Made by a program: the position numbers and the translations under genes
Assembly: GCA_021828045.1 (NCBI GenBank)
Contig: JAKATI010000004.1
Location: forward strand, 1-45,308
Source: Pseudomonadota bacterium
GTDB taxonomy: Bacteria > Pseudomonadota > Gammaproteobacteria > JAKAQQ01
Direction of reading: 5' to 3'
DNA length: 45,308 nt
Notes under the pieces: generated by a model
What the model was told of the DNA's origin: nothing
Seen by the model: only the letters and a program-made list of their open reading frames with translations
Database searches by the model: none
Shown here: one piece after another, positions 1 through 9,258 of the stretch
Layout: every line of letters starts with the position of its first letter
Numbering within the stretch: the first letter of the stretch is position 1

Positions 1-108
1 CATCACCTTCGTGATCGCCGCCGTCAACGTCGTCTTCCCATGATCCACATGACCAATCGTCCCCACATTGATGTGCGGCTTCGTCCGCTCAAACTTCCCC
101 TTCGACAT
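1..108 (-). CDS. tuf: Elongation factor Tu, N-terminal part (runs off the window edge)
   Basis: Reverse strand reads [36 protein letters not shown] (EF-Tu P-loop GHVDHGKT); GAGG upstream; follows a tRNA cluster. Not in the ORF track because it is truncated. Confidence 0.98.
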   Translation of the reverse strand, partial: MSKGKFERTKPHINVGTIGHVDHGKTTLTAAITKVM

Positions 109-182
109 GTGACTCTACCTCTTGTTAATCGTGGACCCGGTGACCAGGCCACCGGGGAAAGCTTTCACGCCCGACCGGAACC

Positions 183-258
<76 letters not shown>

Positions 259-276
259 TCGCCCATCTGCACAAGC

Positions 277-350
<74 letters not shown>

Positions 351-369
351 CTTCCCCCTTCCACGGATC

Positions 370-455
370 TGGTGGAGGGGGTAGGATTCGAACCTACGAA
401 GGCAAAAGCCAGCAGATTTACAGTCTGCCCCCGTTGGCCGCTTGGGTACCCCTCC
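370..455 (-). tRNA. tRNA-Tyr(GTA)
   Basis: GGAGGGGTACCCAAGCGGCC...GCAGACTGTAAATCTGC...GGTTCGAATCCTACCCCCTCCACCA; long variable arm. Confidence 0.97.
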
Positions 456-477
456 GGCTCGGCTGCGAAAGCCGGAT

Positions 478-507
478 ATTATCTCTTAAAAAGCGATTCT
501 CCGTCAA
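478..507 (-). promoter_or_regulatory. Putative sigma70 promoter of the tRNA-Tyr-Gly-Thr-tuf operon
   Basis: TTGACG-18 bp-GATAAT on the minus strand, about 22 nt upstream of tRNA-Tyr. Confidence 0.6.
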
Positions 508-654
508 GACGCGCAGGGGCAGCCTCCCTTACGGACCACACCCCCTGTTCGGAAAGCCGCTTCACACAGTGTGTACAAGACAGAAGCATCTCCCCCGGCT
601 CAACCCGATGTGGCCCCGCCGGTAAACAGGGGCATTTGTCCGTTGGCGGAAGGG

Positions 655-1530
655 TCATCTCCGGATACGCCCAAAAGGGCCCACGCCCAACTCCGAAACC
701 AGCATGCCGAGGAGAAGCAGGACTGCTCCGATCAACACAGGGCCGGTCAGCGGATCGTGGTTCAACCAGTGGCCGAAGAGTGCCGCGAAAAAAGGTTCCG
801 TTACGAGAATCACGGCCGTCCGCGCCGCCGACAAGCGTTGCTGGACTCGGGTTTGCACATAGAACGCGAAGGCCGAGGCCACGATACCCGTGACGAGGAG
901 GGCGAGGATGAGCGTCCCGCCGAATGGATCCTGCCAGTGTGTTCCAGCCGGAAGAAGCAGGGTCAACCAGAGCGTCATGGCCGCCATCTGGGCAAATGTG
1001 AGGGCTCCGGTACGGCAGCTCGGCCCCAAGCGCGAGAGGAGCGCAATCTGCAACCCGAAGCAGAGGGCGCCGACGATGGTGAGAAGGCTGCCTACCGTGA
1101 GGTGAAAATTCCAGCCCCCCAGAAGAAATCCCAGTCCGGCCATGCTGAGAACCACCGCCACGACGTTTCGCCGGCCTAAGCGGACCCGATAGAGAATTGC
1201 TGCCCAAATCGGCGCAAAAACCACAAACAAGCCGGTCAGAAATCCACTCTCGGTCACGGTTACGCGCTCAAGCCCCCACGTCTGGAACAGGTAGCCCAGC
1301 GCCAGTGTCCCGCCCAGACCCAACCCGACGCGCCATTCGTGGATCCGGGTCTCGCGAAAGGCCCAGGGTGCAAGCGCCAAGGCCGCGACCGCAAAGCGTA
1401 AAACCAGGAATTCGACAACCCCGATCTGCGTGACCGCGGCTTGCACGACCACGAAGGTATAGCCCCAGATCACGGTCATGGCAAGCAGCCAGGCCGCGGG
1501 TGCCCGGTCGATGAGCGGCTTGAGCCTCAC
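655..1530 (-). CDS. DMT/EamA family transporter
   Basis: 291 aa, about 10 hydrophobic helices, 'IWGYTFVVV' and 'EPFFAALFG' EamA-type motifs; 4-bp overlap with pxpA. Confidence 0.88.
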   Translation of the reverse strand: MRLKPLIDRAPAAWLLAMTVIWGYTFVVVQAAVTQIGVVEFLVLRFAVAALALAPWAFRETRIHEWRVGLGLGGTLALGYLFQTWGLERVTVTESGFLTGLFVVFAPIWAAILYRVRLGRRNVVAVVLSMAGLGFLLGGWNFHLTVGSLLTIVGALCFGLQIALLSRLGPSCRTGALTFAQMAAMTLWLTLLLPAGTHWQDPFGGTLILALLVTGIVASAFAFYVQTRVQQRLSAARTAVILVTEPFFAALFGHWLNHDPLTGPVLIGAVLLLLGMLVSELGVGPFGRIRR

Positions 1531-2300
1531 GCGCCGGCCGCGTCCGGAGGGGCGATCACGACGCCGGCACCGGTCAATATCTCGAAGACGCGACGGGCGA
1601 GGCGGGGGGCTTCGATCCCATCCCCATGCATTCCGATCGTCGCGACCGTCTGGGACTCTCCTGCTCCGCGCCGGGCCAGGGCCAGGGCCTGGCGACCGGC
1701 CTCATCCGGATCACGGATGAGCGCCTCCGGTTCGGTTCGCGGAACCAACCGGCCATCGGGGCGGTAGCGGCGATCGGCAAAACCCTCGGCAACGACCCGC
1801 AGGCCCCGCCGTCTCGCCTGGTCCGCCAGAACGCTCGGGGTCTGGCAATAGACGAAAAGGGCAGGATCAATGGCTGCGATGGCTTCCACCACGGGTTCAG
1901 CATAGACCGCTTCGTCGGCCGCCTGGTGATAGAGGGCGCCATGGAGTTTCACGTGGTGGAGGATCAGTCCCTCACCTCGGGCCAAGGCCTGAAGCGCACC
2001 CAGCTGGTGGAGCACGATCGCATAGGTCTCATCCGGCGAAAAGACCAGGGACCGGCGGCCGAAACCTGCGAGATCCGGCCAACCGGGATGTGCCCCGGGA
2101 GCCACCCCCCGGACCTTGGCCCAGCGGAGCGTACGCACTGCCGTCAGTGGATCGCCCGCATGAGCCCCCGTGGCAATATTCGCGGAACTGACCCAAGGCA
2201 GCACAGCCTCATCGTCACCCATCCGCCATGCACCGAAGCTTTCGCCGAGATCGGCGTTGAGATCAATCGACCACACGGTCCCCTCTCCACTTTCCCGCAC
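1527..2300 (-). CDS. pxpA: 5-oxoprolinase subunit A (LamB/YcsF family)
   Basis: IDLNADLGESFG, SSANIA.GAHAGDP, HVKLHGALY, EGFADRRY motifs. Confidence 0.93.
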   Translation of the reverse strand: MRESGEGTVWSIDLNADLGESFGAWRMGDDEAVLPWVSSANIATGAHAGDPLTAVRTLRWAKVRGVAPGAHPGWPDLAGFGRRSLVFSPDETYAIVLHQLGALQALARGEGLILHHVKLHGALYHQAADEAVYAEPVVEAIAAIDPALFVYCQTPSVLADQARRRGLRVVAEGFADRRYRPDGRLVPRTEPEALIRDPDEAGRQALALARRGAGESQTVATIGMHGDGIEAPRLARRVFEILTGAGVVIAPPDAAGA

Positions 2301-2303
2301 ATG

Positions 2304-3341
2304 CTACGCCTCTCCGCGAAAGCCGCTCCCAGTCCCAAGCCCGACCTGGAGACGCGCCACCCCTTGACGCCACGCCCGAAGGGCCCGGAGGGCCACCTGT
2401 TCGTCAACCTGGCGGAATTCCACCTCCGTTCCGGCCCGGCATTGTGCCAGAACCCCCAAGTCCATACTGATGATCTCGGCCAAATGTGGATAGCCACCCT
2501 GGGTCGGATGATCCGCCATGAGGACAATGGGCGATCCATCGGATGGAACCTGGATCGATCCGAACGTCACCGGTTCAGAATCGATCTCGAGTGGCGGGTC
2601 TGGATGGAGGAGGGGGCCGGACAGGCGATACCCCATGCGATCGGAATCCGGGGTGACCTGGTAGTGAGCGCCCAGAAAGCGTTGACGGACTCCGGTGGGG
2701 AACGCATTCCAATGACTCCCTGGCAAAATCCGCAGGACCGGGATCTGGGTCCCGGCGGGTGGTCTCAAGCGCGCCGAGACCTGACTCCAGATGTGACACC
2801 CCGACTGACCAGCGTGTTCCACCGACTTCTTGGGGACTGGGCCCAGCGTGATCCAATCCCCCGAATGAAGCATCCGGCCTTCCACACCGCCCCAACCCGC
2901 GCGGAGGTCGGTTCCGAAACCACCAAGCACCGGCGCGGGCCGGCATCCACCAGACAGGGCCAGGTATCTCCAGCGTCCAGACTCCCGATCCGTCCCAATC
3001 CCGATCGTGAATGCTTGTGATGGATTGGTTTCAATGCGCGCCCAGAACGGCACCGGTCGCCCATCCAGATGGACCGGAACGATTGCGCCGGCGAGAGCGA
3101 GGCTGCTCACCCCCTCGCATCGGAGGGCCAGTCGGCTCATTCCCTCCAGTTCGACCAAGACTGCGTCTGCCGGATTGCCGGCAAGACGGTTGGCCAGCTC
3201 TGCGGCGTGGGGATCCATGGCCCCACCGACCGACACCCCGAACCGCTGGAATCCATGTCGACCGCCATCCTGCAGGGTCACGCATCCCCGGGCTTCGGTC
3301 ACACGGATCTGCCCCACCTCCCCTGCTGCACTCCGGGTCAT
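2304..3341 (-). CDS. pxpC: 5-oxoprolinase subunit C (KipA/allophanate hydrolase subunit 2 family)
   Basis: LQDGGRHG, GGAMD, SDRMGYRL, GSIQVPSDG.PIVLMADHPTQGGYP. Confidence 0.92.
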   Translation of the reverse strand: MTRSAAGEVGQIRVTEARGCVTLQDGGRHGFQRFGVSVGGAMDPHAAELANRLAGNPADAVLVELEGMSRLALRCEGVSSLALAGAIVPVHLDGRPVPFWARIETNPSQAFTIGIGTDRESGRWRYLALSGGCRPAPVLGGFGTDLRAGWGGVEGRMLHSGDWITLGPVPKKSVEHAGQSGCHIWSQVSARLRPPAGTQIPVLRILPGSHWNAFPTGVRQRFLGAHYQVTPDSDRMGYRLSGPLLHPDPPLEIDSEPVTFGSIQVPSDGSPIVLMADHPTQGGYPHLAEIISMDLGVLAQCRAGTEVEFRQVDEQVALRALRAWRQGVARLQVGLGTGSGFRGEA

Positions 3342-4027
3342 CTGGAGCCCTTCTCAGGATGGAAACGGACTTGGTCCCCGATTGCAAAACAGGCCGGAGG
3401 GGACCGGCCGGGGTCGAAGCAAATCCAGTCCGTGCGGCCAACCAAGCTCCAGCCCCCCGGACTCTCCCGAGGATAGATTCCGCACAGACGGTTGGCGATC
3501 GCGACAGAGCCGGCGGCAACCCGCAGCCGGGGAGTGGTCCGCCGTGGCACGGCCAGTGCCTCTGGCAATCCCGCAAGGTAGGGAAATCCAGGGGCAAAGC
3601 CGACCAGCAGTACTTCGTAGACGATCCCGGCGTGCAATGCAATGCAATGTTCCGGATCCAGGCGGGCTCTGTCTGCCACCTCGGCGAGATCGGGACCGTC
3701 ATCCCCTCCATACCGGACCGGTACTTCGAAGAACCGGACCGGCAGGTCCGGGTTTTCCGGAAGGTTCTCCCAGAACGACGTCAGGGTCTCGACCCACGCG
3801 GCCCGGCTGAAGCGGGTGGGATCGAAGTAGACCGCAAACGAACGGAGACCGGGCACCCATTCCACGAAGCCCGGGGGCGGCTTCCGGTCGAGGGCTTCTC
3901 CCAACGCCCGGATCCTCCTGGACAGTCGCGGTGCCGGTTCCTGTGGCCAGCGCAAGAGGAGACCACACTCACCGAGCGGCAGGCATTCAAGGGATTGCGC
4001 CTCGGCCACGCCGACTTCCGAGTCCAT
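3338..4027 (-). CDS. pxpB: 5-oxoprolinase subunit B (KipI/allophanate hydrolase subunit 1 family)
   Basis: VPVRYGG..GPDL, GFAPGFPYL, PRRTTPR, GIYPRESPGGW. Confidence 0.92.
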   Translation of the reverse strand: MDSEVGVAEAQSLECLPLGECGLLLRWPQEPAPRLSRRIRALGEALDRKPPPGFVEWVPGLRSFAVYFDPTRFSRAAWVETLTSFWENLPENPDLPVRFFEVPVRYGGDDGPDLAEVADRARLDPEHCIALHAGIVYEVLLVGFAPGFPYLAGLPEALAVPRRTTPRLRVAAGSVAIANRLCGIYPRESPGGWSLVGRTDWICFDPGRSPPACFAIGDQVRFHPEKGSR

Positions 4028-4036
4028 TCCACCCGC

Positions 4037-4399
4037 CTAGAGCCGACTTGCACCGACCACGAAAAGCACCATGGCAAACGCAGCGAACAATCCATGCAGA
4101 AAGATGATCACGCCCGGCGCACGGTAGCCGGCGATCTGGAGTCCTGCCAGAGTCAGCCCCCCCAGGAAGGCCATGGCGAAAAACAGCGCCGCATCGTCGA
4201 GGAGGAGATCCGGACGGGGCAAGCCGAATAGCCAAATGATGAGGAGAATCGTGGCGGATGTGGCCAGCATGGCATGCAGGATGCCCCATCCGATGCGCGG
4301 CACCCGGCCACGGAGCAGTTGGAACACCATTCCCAGTCCGAGAAGGAGCGCCGCACTCAAACCCACGCCCGCCGCCCACAACCAGACCGGATCAACCAC
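4037..4399 (-). CDS. Uncharacterised four-helix membrane protein
   Basis: Four hydrophobic segments. GTG start at 4399 chosen because GGAGG precedes it (the ORF track starts at 4426). Confidence 0.7.
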   Translation of the reverse strand: MVDPVWLWAAGVGLSAALLLGLGMVFQLLRGRVPRIGWGILHAMLATSATILLIIWLFGLPRPDLLLDDAALFFAMAFLGGLTLAGLQIAGYRAPGVIIFLHGLFAAFAMVLFVVGASRL

Positions 4400-4552
4400 G
4401 AGCAGCCTCCATCGCCCCGCTTGCACTCCACCGTGGAGAAATCATCCGGAGGGGCGGCAAGTCACGGGCTGAAGTCCCACTGGCAACCTGACCTTCAGTC
4501 CCACCGCATTGGATCCCTCCGGCCGGCCTCTTTTTGACTGCGGACGCCCCGC

Positions 4553-5752
4553 TCACATTCTCTTCTCCAGATCCACGAGCTGGCGAAGCCCCTCCCGGGC
4601 TCTCTCCTTGGCGCCTTCCTGATCACCGAGCTCCTCGAGCAGCTGGGAAAGAGCGAGCGCGACTTCCGGATCCGCCCGCACTGACAGGCTGCGTTCAAAA
4701 TGGGCGCGCGCTCGGCCTCGCTGGCCCCGGGACTCGCACAAAAGCCCCAGCACGTAATGGAGGCTCGCACTCTCCGGATAGCGCACAGCCCAAGGCTCGG
4801 CTTTCGCCAGGAGATCAACCGCACCCGCAGAGACGGCCAGCCGGCCGAGGTGCATGACCCGCTCCTCGCTCCAGACCTCTGGCAATGACTCGGCCAGCTG
4901 TTCGACGGCGGCACGGGCTGCTCCGATCGTGGCGAGGGTTCCCACCACCGCATCCACCACCTCCGGATGACGGCGCTGTCCGGACTTGAGCTCCCGGAAA
5001 ATCCTGAGAACACCGGCCGCCCCCCCCGGGTGGGCGGCCGCATGGATGCGTCCAACGATCAGCTTCTGTTCCAAGGTCGTCCGTTCGGCTTCCCTCAGGA
5101 CTTTTCCCTGTATGAGCTTTGGCCAGAGAGTTTCGAGTCCTGGCCAATCCCCGAGCGCACCCAGAGTGCGGGCCAGGAGACGCAGCCGTTGCGGGTTTGC
5201 AGAATCCCGGGTTGCGAGCTTTTCAAGGATCGTCCGGGCTCGCCCGGCTTGACCGCGGGCCAGCTCTAACTCCGCCTGCGTGAGTTCAACCGCGAACGCA
5301 GCCTCCGGCGTGCTTTCTGCTGCCTGGCGGAGATACCGGTCTCGACGCTCATCGGCGCCATTGAGTTGGGCAGCCCGGGCCGCCCACAGGTAGTTGACAA
5401 GCGGCACCTCACTCAAGCGGGCAAAGCGGACTAGCCGCTTTTCCGCACGGATCCAGCGACCTTCCGCGAGCTCAATCACGCCACGGATCAACTGCCGACG
5501 ACCGATGCGCCACCGCAGCGAGAACGGATCCCGCACAGTGCGGCTGAACCAGCCGAATCCTGCCAGGAAAGTGGACAGAAGCAGCAGGAACCCGTAGAAG
5601 AGGACCACCGTGAGGAACAGCATGACGAGCGACAGCTCGATATCCTGGTGTCCGATCCGGATGGCCACCCAGCCCCCGGGGAAAAGCCCGCTCAAAACCC
5701 AGAGAAGAAGGACACCTGCCGCAAGGCCCCAGACGGACCATAAAAGCTTCAT
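4553..5752 (-). CDS. hemY: HemY-family membrane-anchored TPR protein (proteobacterial type)
   Basis: Two N-terminal TM helices, LAEGRWIRAEK, YLWAARAA, TPR-like repeats; ATGA overlap with the hemX stop. Confidence 0.85.
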   Translation of the reverse strand: MKLLWSVWGLAAGVLLLWVLSGLFPGGWVAIRIGHQDIELSLVMLFLTVVLFYGFLLLLSTFLAGFGWFSRTVRDPFSLRWRIGRRQLIRGVIELAEGRWIRAEKRLVRFARLSEVPLVNYLWAARAAQLNGADERRDRYLRQAAESTPEAAFAVELTQAELELARGQAGRARTILEKLATRDSANPQRLRLLARTLGALGDWPGLETLWPKLIQGKVLREAERTTLEQKLIVGRIHAAAHPGGAAGVLRIFRELKSGQRRHPEVVDAVVGTLATIGAARAAVEQLAESLPEVWSEERVMHLGRLAVSAGAVDLLAKAEPWAVRYPESASLHYVLGLLCESRGQRGRARAHFERSLSVRADPEVALALSQLLEELGDQEGAKERAREGLRQLVDLEKRM

Positions 5753-6816
5753 GGGTCGGCCCGGACCGGGGTCGCCACCGGCATCCGGGCGGCCCGCAAT
5801 GCAGCGAGGAGCGGAGCCCAATGGAAGGAACGTAGGGGTTTGCGGATCGACGCCAGTCCGGCCAAGCCCTTCTTCACCGCGGCATCCCGGGTCTCGAAAT
5901 GCCGCAGGATAAACCGTCTGAGAATCATGAGATCCGCCTGATATTGCTCATGGCGCCCACTGAGCCAGCTGATCCGGGCCAAGGAAAAATCAAGCGCGAG
6001 TTGCAGACGAATGCGGGCAGCCTCCCGTGGCCCTGGCGGAGGCGGGACTCGTGCCGGCAGACTCCGGATCATGACCAGACTCCGCCAAAGGCGGGTGAGC
6101 CACCCCCCGAGCCGCTCCCAGAACCCATGGACGACGCCCGGCTTCCGGATTCGGGATGGGAGCGGACGGGGCATCATGAGTGGCCAATGTGGAGAGGCGA
6201 GTGACAGCATCGTCAGGACGTGTCCTGGACGAAGCCCGGGCTTCCGGGAAAGCGCATCAAGCCTCCGAATGTCGGCCGTAAGAAGCCGCCGCAAGAGCAT
6301 GAGGCGGGCAGAAGGCCATGGGACCAGTAGATCGCGGGCCGTGACGAGTACGCCTCGTGACCAGCGCGCATCGCGTTCCAGCGGGGCCAGACGGGCACCG
6401 ACGTTCAAAAGCAGACTCGCCCCCTGAAGGGCCACTTGCTCACGGTCCGATGCGACGCGACCTTCGAGGGCGCCAAGGCGTTGTTCCAGTCCCGACTCAC
6501 GAGCACGTTCCCGGGCGAGCTGTGTCTCGAGGCTCAGCCACTCCTCGCGGGGGACCATCTGCCGGGACAGATTCTCCAGTCTTCCATCAAGCTGGCCGAT
6601 GGCCGTCTTGATCCGCCCGGACTCCCGACGGGTGGCCCGACCCTCCCGCCAGTTCCAAAAAGCACCCGCCAAGGCAACCAGGGCCACGGCCAAGACGATC
6701 CCATAACCGATCGTGGACCCGATCCGGCTCCGAGGCCGGGTAGTCTCCGGGTGTTCCATGCCGTTATCCTTCCCGCTCATGGGCCGGATCCTCTGCGTCT
6801 CCTGGGCGATTCGCAC
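5749..6816 (-). CDS. hemX: HemX-family protein
   Basis: TM helix plus coiled coil; lies between hemD and hemY; divergent sequence, start uncertain. Confidence 0.75.
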   Translation of the reverse strand: MRIAQETQRIRPMSGKDNGMEHPETTRPRSRIGSTIGYGIVLAVALVALAGAFWNWREGRATRRESGRIKTAIGQLDGRLENLSRQMVPREEWLSLETQLARERARESGLEQRLGALEGRVASDREQVALQGASLLLNVGARLAPLERDARWSRGVLVTARDLLVPWPSARLMLLRRLLTADIRRLDALSRKPGLRPGHVLTMLSLASPHWPLMMPRPLPSRIRKPGVVHGFWERLGGWLTRLWRSLVMIRSLPARVPPPPGPREAARIRLQLALDFSLARISWLSGRHEQYQADLMILRRFILRHFETRDAAVKKGLAGLASIRKPLRSFHWAPLLAALRAARMPVATPVRADP

Positions 6817-6819
6817 ATG

Positions 6820-7635
6820 TCAGGATTCCTCTTCAGGCCCCGTCCACCACTCGAGGAGCGTCCGGAGCAGGCTCTCGTCGCCCGGTCCGGTTGCAATGAG
6901 CGGCGGGCGCACGAAACCCAAAACTCGCGCCAGTTCAACCACCCGGCTGCCGGCGGTCAAAAGGAGGAGATGACGGAGCCGGACCGCACCCTCGTCGGAC
7001 AGACCCTCGATCAGCGCAAGGAGGGTTTGCGCGCTTGTCACCGTCACGACGTCAAGATCCCCCTCGAACAGTTTTTCCTCGAGTTCGCCTGTGGTCGGAC
7101 GACGCACCCGTTCGTAAATCTCGAGAGTTTCAACATCGGCTCCACGAGAGGCGAGCTGGCTCGCGAGCCAGTCCCGACCTCCCCGTCCACGCAAAACCAG
7201 GAACTTGTGCCCGCGAACCGACTTGAAGTCCGGCGAGTCCACCAAAGCCTCGCTCCCAAAGCCCTCGCTCGGCACATAGACCTGTCGGGCGCCCAGTTCG
7301 TGGAGTCGACGGGCCGTTCCCTCTCCCACGGCTGCGAGCTTGGACCGGCGCGGCCAGCGTTGACCAAGGGCCTTGAAGCCATGCTCCACTGCATTGGGAC
7401 TCACAAAAATCAGCCAGTCATAGCGGTTGGGGTGGGCTACCACCGGCGTGGCCGCCGCCTTGAACAATGGACGGATGGTGAAGATCGGGTGGGCATAGAC
7501 ACGCCCTCCCAGGTTCTCAATCCGTTGTGCGAGCGCTTCATTCTGGCCCTCAGGTCGGGTCAGAAGCACTCCCAGCCCGGCCAAGGGCTTGGGTTCAGGG
7601 CGTCGCCGCAAAGTAGTTTCGGATACCTTGTTCAT
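6820..7635 (-). CDS. hemD: Uroporphyrinogen-III synthase
   Basis: VLLTRP, IFVSPNAV, AVGEGTA, RGRGGRDWL, VTSAQ. Confidence 0.93.
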   Translation of the reverse strand: MNKVSETTLRRRPEPKPLAGLGVLLTRPEGQNEALAQRIENLGGRVYAHPIFTIRPLFKAAATPVVAHPNRYDWLIFVSPNAVEHGFKALGQRWPRRSKLAAVGEGTARRLHELGARQVYVPSEGFGSEALVDSPDFKSVRGHKFLVLRGRGGRDWLASQLASRGADVETLEIYERVRRPTTGELEEKLFEGDLDVVTVTSAQTLLALIEGLSDEGAVRLRHLLLLTAGSRVVELARVLGFVRPPLIATGPGDESLLRTLLEWWTGPEEES

Positions 7636-8497
7636 GGAACCTCTTGGCTAGCTGACTTCCCAGCAACTGGGGATCGTGGCCGGACAGGGACTCTCGGTGG
7701 ATCCGACGGCCATCCACAGAACCGGCAAATGCGAGCAGTCGGATCGTTCCATCTTGCCGGCACCCCGCCCAAGCCCCGACCGGAGCCGAACAATCAACGC
7801 CGAGCCCACGCCCGAATGCCCGCTCCGCCGCCGTACTACGGGCACAGTCCGGATCGTGCAACGCGACCAACAGCTCCCTGTGACGGGCGGCTGCGACCCT
7901 GCATTCCACCGCGATGGCGCCCTGGCCGATCGCAGGCACGTGGGCTTCCGGATCCAATGACTGTCCGGCCGGCCGGAGACCCAGACGTTCGAGCCCGGCC
8001 CGCGAGAGCACCACGGCTTCGCAGCGGCCCTGCCCAATCAGATCAATCCTCGAATTCACGTTTCCGCGCGTCGGCACTACCCGCAGATCAGGACGCCGGG
8101 CCAGGATTTGACTCTGACGACGCAGGCTCGAAGTGCCAACGCAAGAACCGGCCGGCAGCTCATCGAGCCCCTCAGCGCCCACCAAGTAGTCTCGGGGATC
8201 GCCCCGCGGCAGCACGGCCACGATCTCGAACTCGGGACTCAGATCGACCGGCACATCTTTCAAGGAATGAACCGCCGCATCGGCCCGTCCATCCCGCAGT
8301 GCTTCCTCAAGCGCACTGATGAAAAGGCCCTTGCCCCCGATGGGGGCGAGCGATCGGTCGCTCATCTCATCACCCCGGGTGGAAAGCGCTACAATCTCGA
8401 CCTCGATGGAAGGATCGAGCTGTTGCAGCCGACCCGCGACTTCCCGGGTCTGGATCAAGGCCAAGGGCGAACGCCGGCTCGCGAGTCTCAGGGTCAT
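7595..8497 (-). CDS. hemC: Hydroxymethylbilane synthase (porphobilinogen deaminase)
   Basis: SRRSPLALIQ, GGKGLF, AVHSLKDVP, GTSSLRR, RGNVNSR; ATG at 8497 preferred. Confidence 0.96.
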   Translation of the reverse strand: MTLRLASRRSPLALIQTREVAGRLQQLDPSIEVEIVALSTRGDEMSDRSLAPIGGKGLFISALEEALRDGRADAAVHSLKDVPVDLSPEFEIVAVLPRGDPRDYLVGAEGLDELPAGSCVGTSSLRRQSQILARRPDLRVVPTRGNVNSRIDLIGQGRCEAVVLSRAGLERLGLRPAGQSLDPEAHVPAIGQGAIAVECRVAAARHRELLVALHDPDCARSTAAERAFGRGLGVDCSAPVGAWAGCRQDGTIRLLAFAGSVDGRRIHRESLSGHDPQLLGSQLAKRFHEQGIRNYFAATP

Positions 8498-8529
8498 TTG
8501 CCAATTGGAACACAGGCCGGGGGCCAATC

Positions 8530-9258
8530 TCAATCCGGGGCCAAGATCTCGCGCCGAAGGGCCGGGGCCAGGCGCCGGCTGACCGGAATCCGCGCCGGAT
8601 GGTCCAGCAACTCAACGAAACGGTCGCCGGACGGCTCGTGCACCAAGCGACGGATCCTGTTTCGGGCGACCAGGAACTGCCGGTGGACCCTGACGAAACG
8701 GTCTGCGAATTCCTGCTCGAGCACGATCAGGGGCTCGTTCAAGAGAAGCTGGCCCTGCGCGTGGACAGCCCGCACGTATTTATCCTGGGCCTCAAAATAA
8801 AACACCATTCCGACCGCCACCATGCGGAGCTCGCCGCTCGACCGCGAGACGATCCATCGGCGCTTCGCCCCTTCGGGGGGGGGGGCTATGCGCGGCCAAC
8901 CCCGCTCAATCCGTTCCATCGTCGCTGTGAGTTGCTCAAGGCGGATGGGCTTCACGAGATAGCCCACGGCCCCGACCTCGAACGCCTGGATTGCAAAGTG
9001 GTCGTAGGCGGTCGTGAAAATGACACGCGGTGCCTCAACGTCCAAGGCAGCCAGATGCCTCACCACCTCGATCCCATCCATCCCGGGCATCCGGATATCC
9101 AGAAAAACCAGATCGACCGGTCGGTCCTGCAATCGAAGCAGGGCTTCCCGACCGTCACAGGCCTCGGCAATCTCCGCTCCGGGCAGAACCACCTCAAGCA
9201 GTCCCCGGAGACGTACCCGGGCCAGAGCTTCGTCGTCTGCGACGAGAACTTGCGTCAC
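8530..9258 (-). CDS. algR: LytTR-family response regulator (AlgR-like)
   Basis: Receiver motifs DDE..AR, FLDIRMPGMDG, FTTAYD, YLVKP; LytTR motif FVRVHR; upstream of hemC. Confidence 0.88.
   Translation of the reverse strand: MTQVLVADDEALARVRLRGLLEVVLPGAEIAEACDGREALLRLQDRPVDLVFLDIRMPGMDGIEVVRHLAALDVEAPRVIFTTAYDHFAIQAFEVGAVGYLVKPIRLEQLTATMERIERGWPRIAPPPEGAKRRWIVSRSSGELRMVAVGMVFYFEAQDKYVRAVHAQGQLLLNEPLIVLEQEFADRFVRVHRQFLVARNRIRRLVHEPSGDRFVELLDHPARIPVSRRLAPALRREILAPD

Noticed and set aside
4446-4522. Hairpin as SRP RNA, tRNA-Sec or a yybP-ykoY riboswitch
   Set aside because: It lacks their conserved motifs; kept only as an unknown structure
6436-8319. Long plus-strand ORFs (also 1626-3020, 3011-4231, 25292-26818, 35962-37875)
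   Set aside because: Antisense shadows of well-supported genes in GC-rich DNA, with no motifs
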